From the NCBI GenBank assembly GCA_963677325.2, contig CAXXGM010000007.1, positions 414,146-478,145 on the forward strand: 64,000 nt of DNA, read 5' to 3'. This stretch comes from Prolixibacteraceae bacterium (GTDB lineage: Bacteria; Bacteroidota; Bacteroidia; Bacteroidales; Prolixibacteraceae). Below are positions 54,655 through 64,000 of the stretch, one piece after another; the stretch's first letter is position 1; each line of letters starts with the position of its first letter. The notes under the pieces are model-generated. The model was not told the origin of the DNA. It searched no databases and was given only the letters and a program-made list of their open reading frames with translations. Both the position numbers and the translations under genes were made by a program.

Positions 54655-57600
54655 TTATTTTTCTGAAGATTGTTTGTTAGCTCCTGAGGGATCTTTTAAC
54701 TCCAATTCCTTTAGATAAGTTTCTGCTTCAGTAATGATGCCGTCGTCTTTCACTGAATAATTTTCAATCACACTTTTTAAGGTATGAATAGCCTGGAAGT
54801 AATCATTTTGTTTTTCGTAATTATGAGCTAATAAAATAAAACTTTTGGCAAGCCAGTACTGGTGAGGAGTATTTTTGTCAATAAAATCAAGCACTTCATT
54901 TTCAGCATCTTTATACTTTCCGCTGTTGTAAAAAAACTCGCACATGCGGTATTTTGCTTCTGAACCTTCTACGGATTTTGTGTCATTTGATAATTTTTTC
55001 CATAAGGGTAATGCTTTAGATGGATCATTAAGCTCAGCAAGTGCTTTTGCCGTTTTATATGAAGCTTCACGATCCAACTCTGCAGGAATATTTTCCATGC
55101 TTCTTATTTTCCAACCCAGTCTGGAAACTGCATTGAAATTTTTCAATTCATAATTACAACGCATTTGTCCTGCAAGAGAAGTTAAAAGATTGTTATTGTT
55201 ATTCGATACCTTCTCAAGTCTTTCATAATAAATTAAGGCCTTTTTATAGTTGTCGTTTTTATAAAGTAATTCAGAAACATTGATCAGCGAATTTTCTGTA
55301 AAAGCATTATCCGACTGAGAAAGTACAAATTCATAATCATGGATTGCTTCTTCAAAATTATTATCACGATATTCACAGTCCGCTTTATAGAAATGAGCAT
55401 TCATTTCAAAATTTCCTGAAGGAAATTTATCCAGGTATTTGATTAATTCTTGCTTGGCACGCGAATCCTTTGACATGTATAGTTTTTCGGCAGCTAAATA
55501 GGTAAGCGAGTCCTTCTCATTTTCGGAAGGCGAGGCATCTTTCCCAAGACTTCTTGCATAGGAAATGTATTCATCTACTTTATTTGTCTCAAGTAAACTG
55601 TTTTTTATACCAGTCATGGCGGCTTTGGATTCTGAACTGCTGCGGTAATTTTCAGTAACCTGTTTGTAGTATTTTATGGATGCATCAAAATCATTTCTGT
55701 TATAAGCTAATAATCCCAACTGAACTAATGCTTTAGGGTTATATGAACTTTGAGGATATGTTTGAATGAGAGTCTGATAACTTTCAGCAGCTTTCTCTTC
55801 ATTTTTCATTTGCTCATAGGCTTTTCCCGTTTCGAAAAGCGCATCATCAAGATAATTGGATTTGGGGAAGGCAACAGGAATCTTGCTTAAATCATCAATC
55901 TTTGCCTGATTATCCAGCATCAGTCCGTGGCAGAAGGCTTTCTGAAAAAGTGCGTAGTCTGCATCTGCTCCTCCCAACAAATATGCCTTTTCGTAATAGG
56001 CGATTGCTTCATTAAAATTTCTTTCACCATAATAACAATCTCCCGTACGGTTTAAAGCATCAGCATAAATCGGGGAATTCTTATCCGGGTTAGCAGATAG
56101 ATATTTTAAAAACCAGGAAGTGGCTGAAGCAAATTGGTCTTTATTAAAAAGGATATATCCGATGTTATAGTTTGAAATTGGGAATTCTTTTCTACCCGAC
56201 GCCCCAGGGATGCTTTGAAATTTTTTGTAATCTGAAATTGCAGCATCCGCATTGCCGGTTCGAAAATTTGATTCGCCACGCCAGTAGTATGCTAAAGCAT
56301 TTATTTCATTATTGCCGCCAACCTCAATCGTTTTATTAAAGAGCTTAATTGCTTCATTGAATTTCATGTCTCTGAAATATTCAATTCCCCTGTTGAAGGC
56401 AACCCTTTGATAGGCCTTCTTTATGGCAGGGCTTTTTACTTTAATTTTCTCGAGTGAAGCAAGTGCATCCTTGTAATTGCGCGTGGTCATAAAAACCTTT
56501 ACCAGGTAATTATACGCTTCGTCATTATTTTCTGAATCGGGATATTCAGAAATATACTTGTCGAAAGCTTTTATCGCTTCATTAAAAGGTGAATAATCCA
56601 GCTCATAGGTTATTTTAGCATATTGAAATAACGCATCTTTTCGTATTTTAGGATCAAAGTTCATGTCTGAGGCATTTTGAAAGGCAATCATAGCTCTTTT
56701 TTTATCCCCCTTTTTGATATAAAGTCCAGCCAGATGATAATAGGCATTTTGAGAAATAGGATCTTTTCCCTTGACTGATTTTTCAAAATTCACTATTCCT
56801 TTATCCGTTTGTCCGGAATTAGTATAACAGAATCCCGCAATATAATATTCATTTGGAGTTACATTCGTACTCTTCAGAAAATGATCTGTATAGGGAATCG
56901 CATCATTATATTTCTTAAGCTGGTAGAAAGATATAGCGAGTATTTTGGATACCTCTGTTTTCCTTGGTTCAGAAGCTACTGCAAAAATTGCCGGAGCAAT
57001 TTCTATAACCTGCAGATAATCTTCTTTTGCATAAGCAACCTGAGCTTTATAGAAGGAAATCTGGCCTGAATATTGTGATGAATGTTCCAGTCCTGTTAAT
57101 TCCTGCAGAGCCTCATCATATTTCCCTTCCAAAAAATTAAGGTGCCCTCTGTAAAATTGAGATGATTCTGCATATGGTCCTCTCTTCCCCTTTAATTCGT
57201 TGAAGAATAATTTTGCTTTGACATGATCTCCTGTTTGAAGATTACAAAAACCGGATTTAAAACAATATTCATCAAGATCTTTCTTTAGAAGAGAATACCG
57301 GTCTATTTTTTGATAATAACTCAAAGCTGATTTGTAATGTTTTAATCCAAATTCAGTATTGGCCAAATGAAAATAGACCGTGTTAATATGGGGTGAATTG
57401 GGGTATTTTTTTATAAAATGCTCCAGAATATCTCTTCCGTTTTTATTTCCCATTTCCATCTGGCACATGGAAATGTAAAACTCAATTTCGTCCTCATTGA
57501 TGGTTGGCGATTTTGAAAAATCTTTTAGATTTTCAAATTCATGCAGTGCAGCTCCATATTTCTCAGCAGAGAAAAGCTCTTTTGCCATGCGCATTTTTTC

Positions 57601-57699
57601 TTCATTGCTTGTTGACTTCCCAAAAGGCTGTGAATAAGCGGAAGAGTTTATTAAAAGAACAAAGATTAATACTTTTAAATATAAAAAATTATCTTTCAT
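54655..57699 (-). CDS. Large exported tetratricopeptide-repeat protein (~1014 aa)
   Basis: Signal peptide 'LINSSAYSQ', then more than 15 TPR-like A-x-x-x-Y/F..A helix pairs. The start is taken at 'MKDNFLYLK'; the track ORF extends to 57795. Confidence 0.7.
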   Translation of the reverse strand: MKDNFLYLKVLIFVLLINSSAYSQPFGKSTSNEEKMRMAKELFSAEKYGAALHEFENLKDFSKSPTINEDEIEFYISMCQMEMGNKNGRDILEHFIKKYPNSPHINTVYFHLANTEFGLKHYKSALSYYQKIDRYSLLKKDLDEYCFKSGFCNLQTGDHVKAKLFFNELKGKRGPYAESSQFYRGHLNFLEGKYDEALQELTGLEHSSQYSGQISFYKAQVAYAKEDYLQVIEIAPAIFAVASEPRKTEVSKILAISFYQLKKYNDAIPYTDHFLKSTNVTPNEYYIAGFCYTNSGQTDKGIVNFEKSVKGKDPISQNAYYHLAGLYIKKGDKKRAMIAFQNASDMNFDPKIRKDALFQYAKITYELDYSPFNEAIKAFDKYISEYPDSENNDEAYNYLVKVFMTTRNYKDALASLEKIKVKSPAIKKAYQRVAFNRGIEYFRDMKFNEAIKLFNKTIEVGGNNEINALAYYWRGESNFRTGNADAAISDYKKFQSIPGASGRKEFPISNYNIGYILFNKDQFASATSWFLKYLSANPDKNSPIYADALNRTGDCYYGERNFNEAIAYYEKAYLLGGADADYALFQKAFCHGLMLDNQAKIDDLSKIPVAFPKSNYLDDALFETGKAYEQMKNEEKAAESYQTLIQTYPQSSYNPKALVQLGLLAYNRNDFDASIKYYKQVTENYRSSSESKAAMTGIKNSLLETNKVDEYISYARSLGKDASPSENEKDSLTYLAAEKLYMSKDSRAKQELIKYLDKFPSGNFEMNAHFYKADCEYRDNNFEEAIHDYEFVLSQSDNAFTENSLINVSELLYKNDNYKKALIYYERLEKVSNNNNNLLTSLAGQMRCNYELKNFNAVSRLGWKIRSMENIPAELDREASYKTAKALAELNDPSKALPLWKKLSNDTKSVEGSEAKYRMCEFFYNSGKYKDAENEVLDFIDKNTPHQYWLAKSFILLAHNYEKQNDYFQAIHTLKSVIENYSVKDDGIITEAETYLKELELKDPSGANKQSSEK

Positions 57700-57810
57700 A
57701 ATTTGCTTTAGCTGTCTCAATTTATGTGTTCGCAATGCTACACAATAATTTTTGTTTTCTTTACCCGTGAAATGGTTTTCTCCCACAAAAATCATTAAAA
57801 AACATTAGTT

Positions 57811-58623
57811 TTGTACTCACTGGTCGTACAAATTTATAATAAATTAATAACTGTGCTACAGACGGAGTCAATAATTGAATTGAAGAATGCAGACATTTAT
57901 CAGTATGAAAACCTTGTTCTGCAGAATATTGATCTTTCAATTGCCAAAGGTGAATTCCTTTATATAATTGGCAAAGTTGGAAGCGGCAAAACCAGTTTGC
58001 TTAAAACTTTCTATAATGAATTACCTCTGATTTCCGGGGAAGGTATTGTGGCCGGTCATCATCTGGAGAAAATTCGTCAGAAGGAAATTCCCTTTCTTCG
58101 CCGCAAATTAGGTATTGTTTTTCAGGATTTTCAACTCCTTACTGATAGGAATGTTTTTCAGAACCTTGAATTTGTGCTGAGGGCTACCGGTTGGAAACAG
58201 GAAAATGTAATCCGGGAACGCATCGGAAAAGTGCTTGAAATGGTGGATATGCAATTTTCAGAGACAAGAATGCCACACAGATTATCTGGTGGAGAGCAGC
58301 AGCGAATTGTTATTGCCAGAGCCTTGCTGAATAATCCTGAAATAATCCTGGCCGATGAACCCACTGGTAACCTTGATCCTGAAACTTCCGAATCAATTTT
58401 GCTTGTCCTCAAAGAAATAAATGCGGAAGGAAAAACGATTGTTATGGCCACCCATGATTATCCGATTATTCAGAAATTTCCTGCCCGTAAAATTATCTGT
58501 GAAAACAAGAAAATAAAAGAGATCGCCATCGAAGAAAATATTATTGATTTTGATTCATTGCTCGAAAATGAAATTACTCCTGCTGACTCTCCGGATTTTC
58601 AATCCGAAACGGATTTATCGTAG
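57811..58623 (+). CDS. ftsE: FtsE-like cell-division ABC ATPase (the true start is probably the GTG at 57853)
   Basis: Walker A 'GKVGSGKTS', signature 'LSGGEQQR' and Walker B 'ILADEP'. 'IELKNADIY' resembles FtsE N-termini. There is a ~45-aa C-terminal extension. Confidence 0.65.
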   Translation: MYSLVVQIYNKLITVLQTESIIELKNADIYQYENLVLQNIDLSIAKGEFLYIIGKVGSGKTSLLKTFYNELPLISGEGIVAGHHLEKIRQKEIPFLRRKLGIVFQDFQLLTDRNVFQNLEFVLRATGWKQENVIRERIGKVLEMVDMQFSETRMPHRLSGGEQQRIVIARALLNNPEIILADEPTGNLDPETSESILLVLKEINAEGKTIVMATHDYPIIQKFPARKIICENKKIKEIAIEENIIDFDSLLENEITPADSPDFQSETDLS

Positions 58624-58800
58624 GGGAATTCTCTTCCTACCTTCTCCGTATCTTCTCCGTACCATGTTTGGAATATCATTCGGGAGAATTAGAGTGAAAT
58701 ATAGATTGCCGGCTCTTGGAATCTTAACACTATTGCTGCATGAACAATTCCTGATTAGGCCGTTGAATATAGCTCTGAATATCTTATAGACAAACAATTT

Positions 58801-59826
58801 ATGTTTAAGCTTTCACATAACCTTTCCCTTAAAGAATACAATACTTTTGGCCTTGACGTGAAGGCCGGATATTTTTTATCAATTCAATCTGCTGATGATT
58901 TAATCTCTTTTTTCTCTGATAACAAACAATTTCGTCAGGAAAAGCGATTAATATTAGGCGGGGGCAGCAATCTGCTTTTTCTTGAAGATTTTCAGGGATT
59001 GATTATATACCCGCGGATGAAGGGTATAGACATTAAATCGGAGAATGAAGATACCATAGAAGTGGAAGTCGGAGCCGGAGAAGTTTGGGATGATTTCGTT
59101 GCACTTTGTGTTGAGAAAGGTTGGGGTGGGGTGGAAAACCTTTCATTAATTCCCGGAAATGTTGGTTCGGTGCCCGTCCAGAATATTGGCGCGTATGGAA
59201 TGGAAGCTGAAACATCGATTTTTAAGGTGAATGCTTTAAACCTCCAGGATTTAAGCAAAAGGGTTTTTACACACGATGAATGTCATTTTGGATATAGAAA
59301 CAGTTGTTTCAAAAATGAATTCAAGGATTTATTTATGATATCTTCTGTAGTGTTCCTTTTAAAAAAGAAATATAAGCTTAATTTTTCTTATGGGGCCTTG
59401 CAATTGGAAACGGCTAAAATTGGTCCGTTAAATTTGAAAAATCTTCGCCAGGCTGTAATTTCAATCAGGGAATCAAAATTGCCCGATCCTAAAAAAAATG
59501 GAAATGCTGGAAGTTTTTTTAAAAATCCTTTTATCAGCTCTGAGTTGTCTGAAAAAATGCGTAATCAATATCCGGAAATTCCTTTATATCCTTGCCCGGA
59601 CGGAATCTTTAAAACTTCTGCAGCATGGTTGATTGAAAGAGCAGGCTGGAAAGGAAAATCATACAAAAACGCTGCAGTCCATGATAAACAGGCCTTGGTT
59701 ATTGTGAATAAAGGAAACGCAACGGGTGAAGAAATCTTTGAATTATCAGAACAGATAAGACAGGACGTCAATTCAAAATTCGGCATTCTTCTTGAACTCG
59801 AAGTAAATATTATCGGTACAAAATAG
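58801..59826 (+). CDS. murB: UDP-N-acetylenolpyruvoylglucosamine reductase
   Basis: 341 aa with 'LILGGGSNLLF', 'LIPGNVGSVPVQNIGAYG' and 'GSFFKNP'. Confidence 0.9.
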   Translation: MFKLSHNLSLKEYNTFGLDVKAGYFLSIQSADDLISFFSDNKQFRQEKRLILGGGSNLLFLEDFQGLIIYPRMKGIDIKSENEDTIEVEVGAGEVWDDFVALCVEKGWGGVENLSLIPGNVGSVPVQNIGAYGMEAETSIFKVNALNLQDLSKRVFTHDECHFGYRNSCFKNEFKDLFMISSVVFLLKKKYKLNFSYGALQLETAKIGPLNLKNLRQAVISIRESKLPDPKKNGNAGSFFKNPFISSELSEKMRNQYPEIPLYPCPDGIFKTSAAWLIERAGWKGKSYKNAAVHDKQALVIVNKGNATGEEIFELSEQIRQDVNSKFGILLELEVNIIGTK

Positions 59827-59866
59827 TGAACCTGGCTTCTTAGGCTATAGCCGTGGCATTTAACTC

Positions 59867-61108
59867 CTACCTCAGTATTTTATTTCTGTTAAGTGCCGCC
59901 TGGTATTTTCTGGCGTAATTTAGATGTTCTGTAAAAGTTTTTGAGAAATTATGATACCCTGAGAAATCTTCTTTAGCACAAAAATACATGTAATCGCTTA
60001 ATTCTGCATTTAGTACTGCATCGATGCTTTGTATCTCAGGAAAGTTAATTGGTCCCGGAGGCAGTCCTTTATACTTATAAGTATTATAGGGAGAATCAAT
60101 TTCAGTGTATTTATCCAGAATTCTTTTAATTGAGAAATCACCAAGAGCAAATTTAACAGTGGGATCTGCCTGAAGATTCCAGTTTTTGCGCAGTCTGTTG
60201 ATGTAAACTCCTGCTATTTTTGGTTTTTCATCTTCCTTGACAGATTCTTCTTGAACGATAGAGGCAAGTGTAATTACTTCCCCGATGGATAGTTTAAGGT
60301 TTTTTGCTTTTGATTTACGAACATCGTTCCAGAAAATGTCGTATTCTTTTTTCATCCTTTCAATGAATCTCCTGGGGGAGGTTGTCCAATAAAATTCATA
60401 AGTATTGGGGATAAACAGGCTGGTGAAACTTTCGTGGGTAAAACCCATTGATTTCGCAATGCTGTCGTTATTCAGACAGCGGAGGAAAGAAATGGAATCA
60501 CTTTCAAAACATTGTGCTAACCTGCCAGCCAGATTCTCTCTGAACCGAATATTATTAAAAGTTACTCTTACGGGAGTTTGTTGTCCTGAGCTTAGTACAT
60601 TAAGAATTTTAATGTTGTTCCATCCCGCTTCGATCCTGTAGGCGCCTGGTTTTATCTGAGCAGGATATTTTTTTTTCAAAGCCAGCCAATTGAAGGATTC
60701 TACATTATCAAGTATATCCTGGCTTTTCAATATTTCCAGCACCTGTGGGTAATCTGTACCTTTCCTGATATATACCATCACAGTTTTCTTGACATTCAAG
60801 TTGTACAATTTCGGATGTGTAATTAATATCCAGATTACAGCGCACACCATCGCAACTGTGGCAGGAAAAATAAATATAAGACGAATATTACGGAACTTCA
60901 ATGAGGTAATATAACTCAGGTCCGAAAAAGATTTCATCTGCTTAACCTTCGTTAAAAGCAATTTCATCTTTATGAAAGAAGCACGCGGAAGCGGTTTTCC
61001 CGATTTTATGAATGCAATCCATTTCGAAAAGAAAGCAACCGGTTTAATTGCTGAAAATTTAACTCCGGAGAATAGGTCTCTTACCTTTTGGTGTAGCCTT
61101 TGAAACAT
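59867..61108 (-). CDS. mltG: Endolytic murein transglycosylase MltG (YceG-like) with an N-terminal extension
   Basis: 'LASIVQEE', 'LQADPTVKF' and 'SPYNTYKYKGLPPGPI'. The -7 box at 61125-61132 supports the long start. Confidence 0.8.
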   Translation of the reverse strand: MFQRLHQKVRDLFSGVKFSAIKPVAFFSKWIAFIKSGKPLPRASFIKMKLLLTKVKQMKSFSDLSYITSLKFRNIRLIFIFPATVAMVCAVIWILITHPKLYNLNVKKTVMVYIRKGTDYPQVLEILKSQDILDNVESFNWLALKKKYPAQIKPGAYRIEAGWNNIKILNVLSSGQQTPVRVTFNNIRFRENLAGRLAQCFESDSISFLRCLNNDSIAKSMGFTHESFTSLFIPNTYEFYWTTSPRRFIERMKKEYDIFWNDVRKSKAKNLKLSIGEVITLASIVQEESVKEDEKPKIAGVYINRLRKNWNLQADPTVKFALGDFSIKRILDKYTEIDSPYNTYKYKGLPPGPINFPEIQSIDAVLNAELSDYMYFCAKEDFSGYHNFSKTFTEHLNYARKYQAALNRNKILR

Positions 61109-61124
61109 AGAAAAATTTAAAATG

Positions 61125-61132
61125 CAAAGGTA
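61125..61132 (-). promoter_or_regulatory. -7 promoter box (minus strand TACCTTTG) for mltG
   Basis: The plus strand reads 'caaaggta', 17 nt upstream of the ATG at 61108. Confidence 0.4.
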
Positions 61133-61193
61133 AAAAAATCAATTTAGTTATAATGGTGTGATTTGTTATGTAAAGAACATCCGTAAAATTTTG

Positions 61194-61201
61194 TAATTTT
61201 G
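61194..61201 (+). promoter_or_regulatory. -7 promoter box TAATTTTG for the flavodiiron gene
   Basis: Matches TAnnTTTG, 35 nt before the ATG at 61236. Confidence 0.4.
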
Positions 61202-61235
61202 CCTTTGAATTTAATTCACTAAAAAAGTGTTCATT

Positions 61236-62429
61236 ATGCATCAGATCAAGCTGGCAGATAATATATTTTACCTCGGATTTAATGATCGAAGAACTCATCT
61301 TTTCGAAAATATTTGGCCTCTTCCCAATGGCGTTTCATATAATTCATACTTGATTGCAGACGAAAAAATAGCCTTGATTGATACGGTAGAACGACATTTT
61401 ATCGAAGATTATTTTCAAAAAATTGAAGAGATAATAGGAGATAAAGCGATTGATTATTTAATCATTAATCATATGGAACCGGACCATTCCGGAGCCATGA
61501 AATCGATTGTAAACAGGTATCCTGGAATCACTCTGGTGGGAAATAAGAAAACTTTTGCAATCGTTGAAAATTTTGGCATCCCCACCACGCACATTAAAAT
61601 AGTGGAGGATAATGAAACATTGGATCTGGGTCATACAAAGCTCCGGTTTCAGACAATTCCAATGGTCCATTGGCCTGAAACAATGGTCACTTATGATGAA
61701 AAGGATCAGATTCTTTTCTCCGGTGATGCTTTTGGCAGTTTTGGCACTCTTGATGGGGGAGTCTTTGACGATGAGTTAAATCTTGAATTTTATGAAAATG
61801 AAAGTATGCGCTATTTTACCAATATTGTTGGGAAATATTGTCCGCATACCCAACGCGCATTGAAAAAATTATCGGGCCTTCAGATAAAGATGATTGCTGC
61901 AACACATGGACCTGTCTGGCGAACAGACCTTAATTGGATTTTGGATCGATATAATAAATGGAGTACCTATTCCTCAGAAAACGGTGTAGTAATCGTTTAT
62001 GGTTCAATGTATGGAAATACAGAAAAAATGGCTGAAGTCATCGCGAGGCAGCTTAGTGAAAGAGGCATTAAAAATATACGAATTTATGATTCTTCGAAAA
62101 CGCATCCTTCTTATATCATCAATGATATTTTCAGATTCAAGGGTGCTGTGATCGGAAGTTGTGCCTATAACAATGAGATGTTCCCCAATGTTGAAAGCCT
62201 GCTTTCTAAAATTGAACATATGGGTATAAAGGACCGTTTCCTGGGAATTTTTGGGAACTTTCTCTGGAGTGGGGGAGGTGTTAGCAATCTCAAAAAATTT
62301 GCTGAAAATATTAAATGGGAAATAATTTATGAGCCCGTTGAAGAAAAGGGAAATTTAAAGAAGGACCAATTTTTGAAATGTGTAGAATTGGCAAATGCAA
62401 TGGCGGATAAACTCAATTCAGTACAATAA
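61236..62429 (+). CDS. FprA-type flavodiiron protein (metallo-beta-lactamase-like + flavodoxin domains)
   Basis: 'LIINHMEPDHSG' is the di-iron ligand motif. The C-terminal flavodoxin shows 'VVIVYGSMYGNTEKMA'. Confidence 0.85.
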   Translation: MHQIKLADNIFYLGFNDRRTHLFENIWPLPNGVSYNSYLIADEKIALIDTVERHFIEDYFQKIEEIIGDKAIDYLIINHMEPDHSGAMKSIVNRYPGITLVGNKKTFAIVENFGIPTTHIKIVEDNETLDLGHTKLRFQTIPMVHWPETMVTYDEKDQILFSGDAFGSFGTLDGGVFDDELNLEFYENESMRYFTNIVGKYCPHTQRALKKLSGLQIKMIAATHGPVWRTDLNWILDRYNKWSTYSSENGVVIVYGSMYGNTEKMAEVIARQLSERGIKNIRIYDSSKTHPSYIINDIFRFKGAVIGSCAYNNEMFPNVESLLSKIEHMGIKDRFLGIFGNFLWSGGGVSNLKKFAENIKWEIIYEPVEEKGNLKKDQFLKCVELANAMADKLNSVQ

Positions 62430-62433
62430 TTGG

Positions 62434-62472
62434 AAAAAAAGAAGCCTTTCCCCGGGAAAGACTTCTTTTTTC
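62434..62472. terminator. Bidirectional terminator (A7-agaagcctttcc ccgg gaaagacttct-T6)
   Basis: Imperfect ~12-bp stem flanked by A and T runs, between convergent genes. Confidence 0.55.
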
Positions 62473-62480
62473 AGAAATTT

Positions 62481-63287
62481 CTATTTTAAAATAAACCGAA
62501 ACGGGAGGTTATAGCTAACTCTCACTGTCTTGCCACCTTGCCTTCCGGGTGTCCATTTCGGCATAAGTTTCAATACACGAATAGCCTCTTCGTCGCATCC
62601 GCTTCCTATTCCTCTGGTCAACGATATATTGCTTATTGAACCGTTTTTATCAATAACAAAATTTATAATTACTGTTCCTGATACCCCCATTTCCTGCGCC
62701 AGAACAGGGTAATGTAGATTTGTTTTGATAAAGTTCATCATTTCCTTTTCCCCTCCCGGAAATTGGGGCATCTGTTCCACGATGACAAATGGGGCTTCAG
62801 CGTCCTCTGATATTTTGGCATGTTCAGCCGCTACGGCGATCGGAGCGCTGATGTCATCAGTACCCTTATCATAATTTACTGCGCCAATAGCTGCTTTTTC
62901 TTCGACTACCTCTTTTTGCATTTTAGGTTCGTCCTCTTCGCTGACTTGCTCGTCTGGTCTGATCACGGGTGGAGTAAACTTAATTGTATTCCGCACCTGC
63001 TGGGGTGGCGGAGGAGGTACTTCCTTTAGAATATTATTTTCCTTTGGTTTTTCCAGTTTTATATCAGTTAAGGATCTTATTCGTACCTCGACTTCTTTTT
63101 TCTTGGGAATAATACTGCGAATCATGGAGGGTAGGGCGGCTGCGAAAATAACCAGCAGGCAGGCAGTAATCAGAGCGATAAAATGTCTTCTGGGAGAATT
63201 CTTCCTCAGCTCATACGCTCCATAGGACTGATTTTTACCTTCAAAAACCAAGTCACACCATTCTATGGAAAAGATGTCAGTTTTCAT
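62481..63287 (-). CDS. tonB: Energy transducer TonB
   Basis: N-terminal TM anchor, a Pro-rich linker 'EVPPPPPQQ', and the C-terminal TonB domain 'PQFPGGEKEMMNFI...GTVIINFVIDKNG..'. Confidence 0.8.
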   Translation of the reverse strand: MKTDIFSIEWCDLVFEGKNQSYGAYELRKNSPRRHFIALITACLLVIFAAALPSMIRSIIPKKKEVEVRIRSLTDIKLEKPKENNILKEVPPPPPQQVRNTIKFTPPVIRPDEQVSEEDEPKMQKEVVEEKAAIGAVNYDKGTDDISAPIAVAAEHAKISEDAEAPFVIVEQMPQFPGGEKEMMNFIKTNLHYPVLAQEMGVSGTVIINFVIDKNGSISNISLTRGIGSGCDEEAIRVLKLMPKWTPGRQGGKTVRVSYNLPFRFILK

Positions 63288-63592
63288 GATTTTCTAAAGA
63301 TAAATTCACTTATCAGAGTCCGGTGACAGCGATTTCCAATGAGGATCATGAATTGATTGGATGATTAATCATTTAATCTAAGCAATCATCAGGTCCCTGT
63401 GAAAATCTTTAACCTTGCAGGACCACCTAAAAGATAAGAAAAAATTTATCAAAAACCAAAAAAAAAGTTAACAACAATCGCAATGGAAATGACCAATAAT
63501 TTCGTATTTTTTATTTTCCAAAATTATTTTTGATTTAAGATGGAGGTATAGGTAATAGGCTTAAAGAAAATATTTATTCGGAATTTTCAAGG

Positions 63593-64000
63593 TTATTTTT
63601 CAAAAAATTCCTGCTCGAGCATGAGGCACATTGCATGATATACCGGCATATGTAATTCCTGTATGTCAGGGGTTGAGATCCGGGGAACACGAATAATCAC
63701 ATCGCATAAATTCAACATTTTCCCGCCTGTAAGTCCTGTAAGTCCAATGTTCACCATTTCTTTTGCTTTAGCCACCTGCAAAGCTCGGATAACATTAATT
63801 GAATTTCCTGATGTACTGATGCCCCAAAGAATATCCCCGGGATTCCCATAGCCAAAAACCTGTTGAGCAAAAACCATATCGGCAGCCACATCGTTAGCAA
63901 AGGCAGTATTGAGCACCGAGTTGGATGTAAGTGAAATAGCCGGAAGAGCGCCTTGCAGATGCCCTGTAATATAATCACTGATTTCAGGAAAAATATTCTG
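63593..64000 (-). CDS. gmhA: SIS-domain phosphoheptose isomerase-like protein, C-terminal part (5' end lies outside the window)
   Basis: 'ALPAISLTSNSVLNTAFANDVAADMVFAQQ' and 'DILWGISTSGNSINV'. The frame stays open to the window edge; the track 'M' at 63916 is an internal GTG/Val. Confidence 0.7.
   Translation of the reverse strand, partial: QNIFPEISDYITGHLQGALPAISLTSNSVLNTAFANDVAADMVFAQQVFGYGNPGDILWGISTSGNSINVIRALQVAKAKEMVNIGLTGLTGGKMLNLCDVIIRVPRISTPDIQELHMPVYHAMCLMLEQEFFEK

Noticed and set aside
58544-58797. Two ~60-80-aa ORFs between ftsE and murB.
   Set aside because: They overlap each other on opposite strands in a short intergenic region, and neither has a motif.

Overview
This looks like a chromosomal segment of a Bacteroidota-type genome. 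That inference rests on TAnnTTTG '-7' promoter boxes 15-40 nt upstream of many starts, almost no Shine-Dalgarno sequences, and gene content (DUF1573/DUF4468/DUF1080-type exported proteins, TonB, GH38). I see about 50 protein-coding genes and found no rRNA, tRNA or CRISPR by eye.

Gene order:
- ispE (3' part), a small membrane protein, ettA, and an intact IS3-family element with a -1 frameshift site.
- A DUF4468-like protein and an orphan 403-aa protein.
- A Cu/Ag-type heavy-metal efflux cluster: a Cys-motif membrane protein, a secreted HMA protein, a long CusA, an outer-membrane factor and CusB.
- OsmC and a cysteine-less Lpd-like flavoprotein.
- A CoA-transferase plus methylmalonyl-CoA epimerase/decarboxylase operon with no pump (beta) subunit in cis.
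- DUF3109, gpmI, DUF1573, and a DUF1080 gene broken by an in-frame TAG.
- RidA plus a D-Ser-deaminase-like enzyme, and an orphan 1240-aa multi-PAS/GAF histidine kinase.
- An eight-gene array of exported proteins of unknown function.
- A polysaccharide deacetylase and an Mth938-like pair.
- A DUF4432-like protein, a GH38 alpha-mannosidase, DinB and sialate O-acetylesterase.
- gyrB, an outer-membrane beta-barrel plus a 1000-aa TPR protein, ftsE, murB, mltG, a flavodiiron protein, tonB and an SIS/gmhA-like gene (3' part).

The best candidate for an undescribed system is the minus-strand array at 33469-40821. It holds six tandem paralogues, each a signal peptide plus a hypervariable N-domain plus a near-invariant TPR-like C-module ending in DKIYEWE. 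They show mosaic, gene-conversion-like similarity. Two unique exported proteins follow them, and an 11-nt tandem repeat lies upstream.

The intergenic space is also unusually rich in structured repeats: heptanucleotide tandem arrays, heptamer-based palindromes, a MITE-like element, a TTCGTA-rich family and a 145-nt inverted repeat pair.

All functional calls come from motif recognition by eye. No database search was run.
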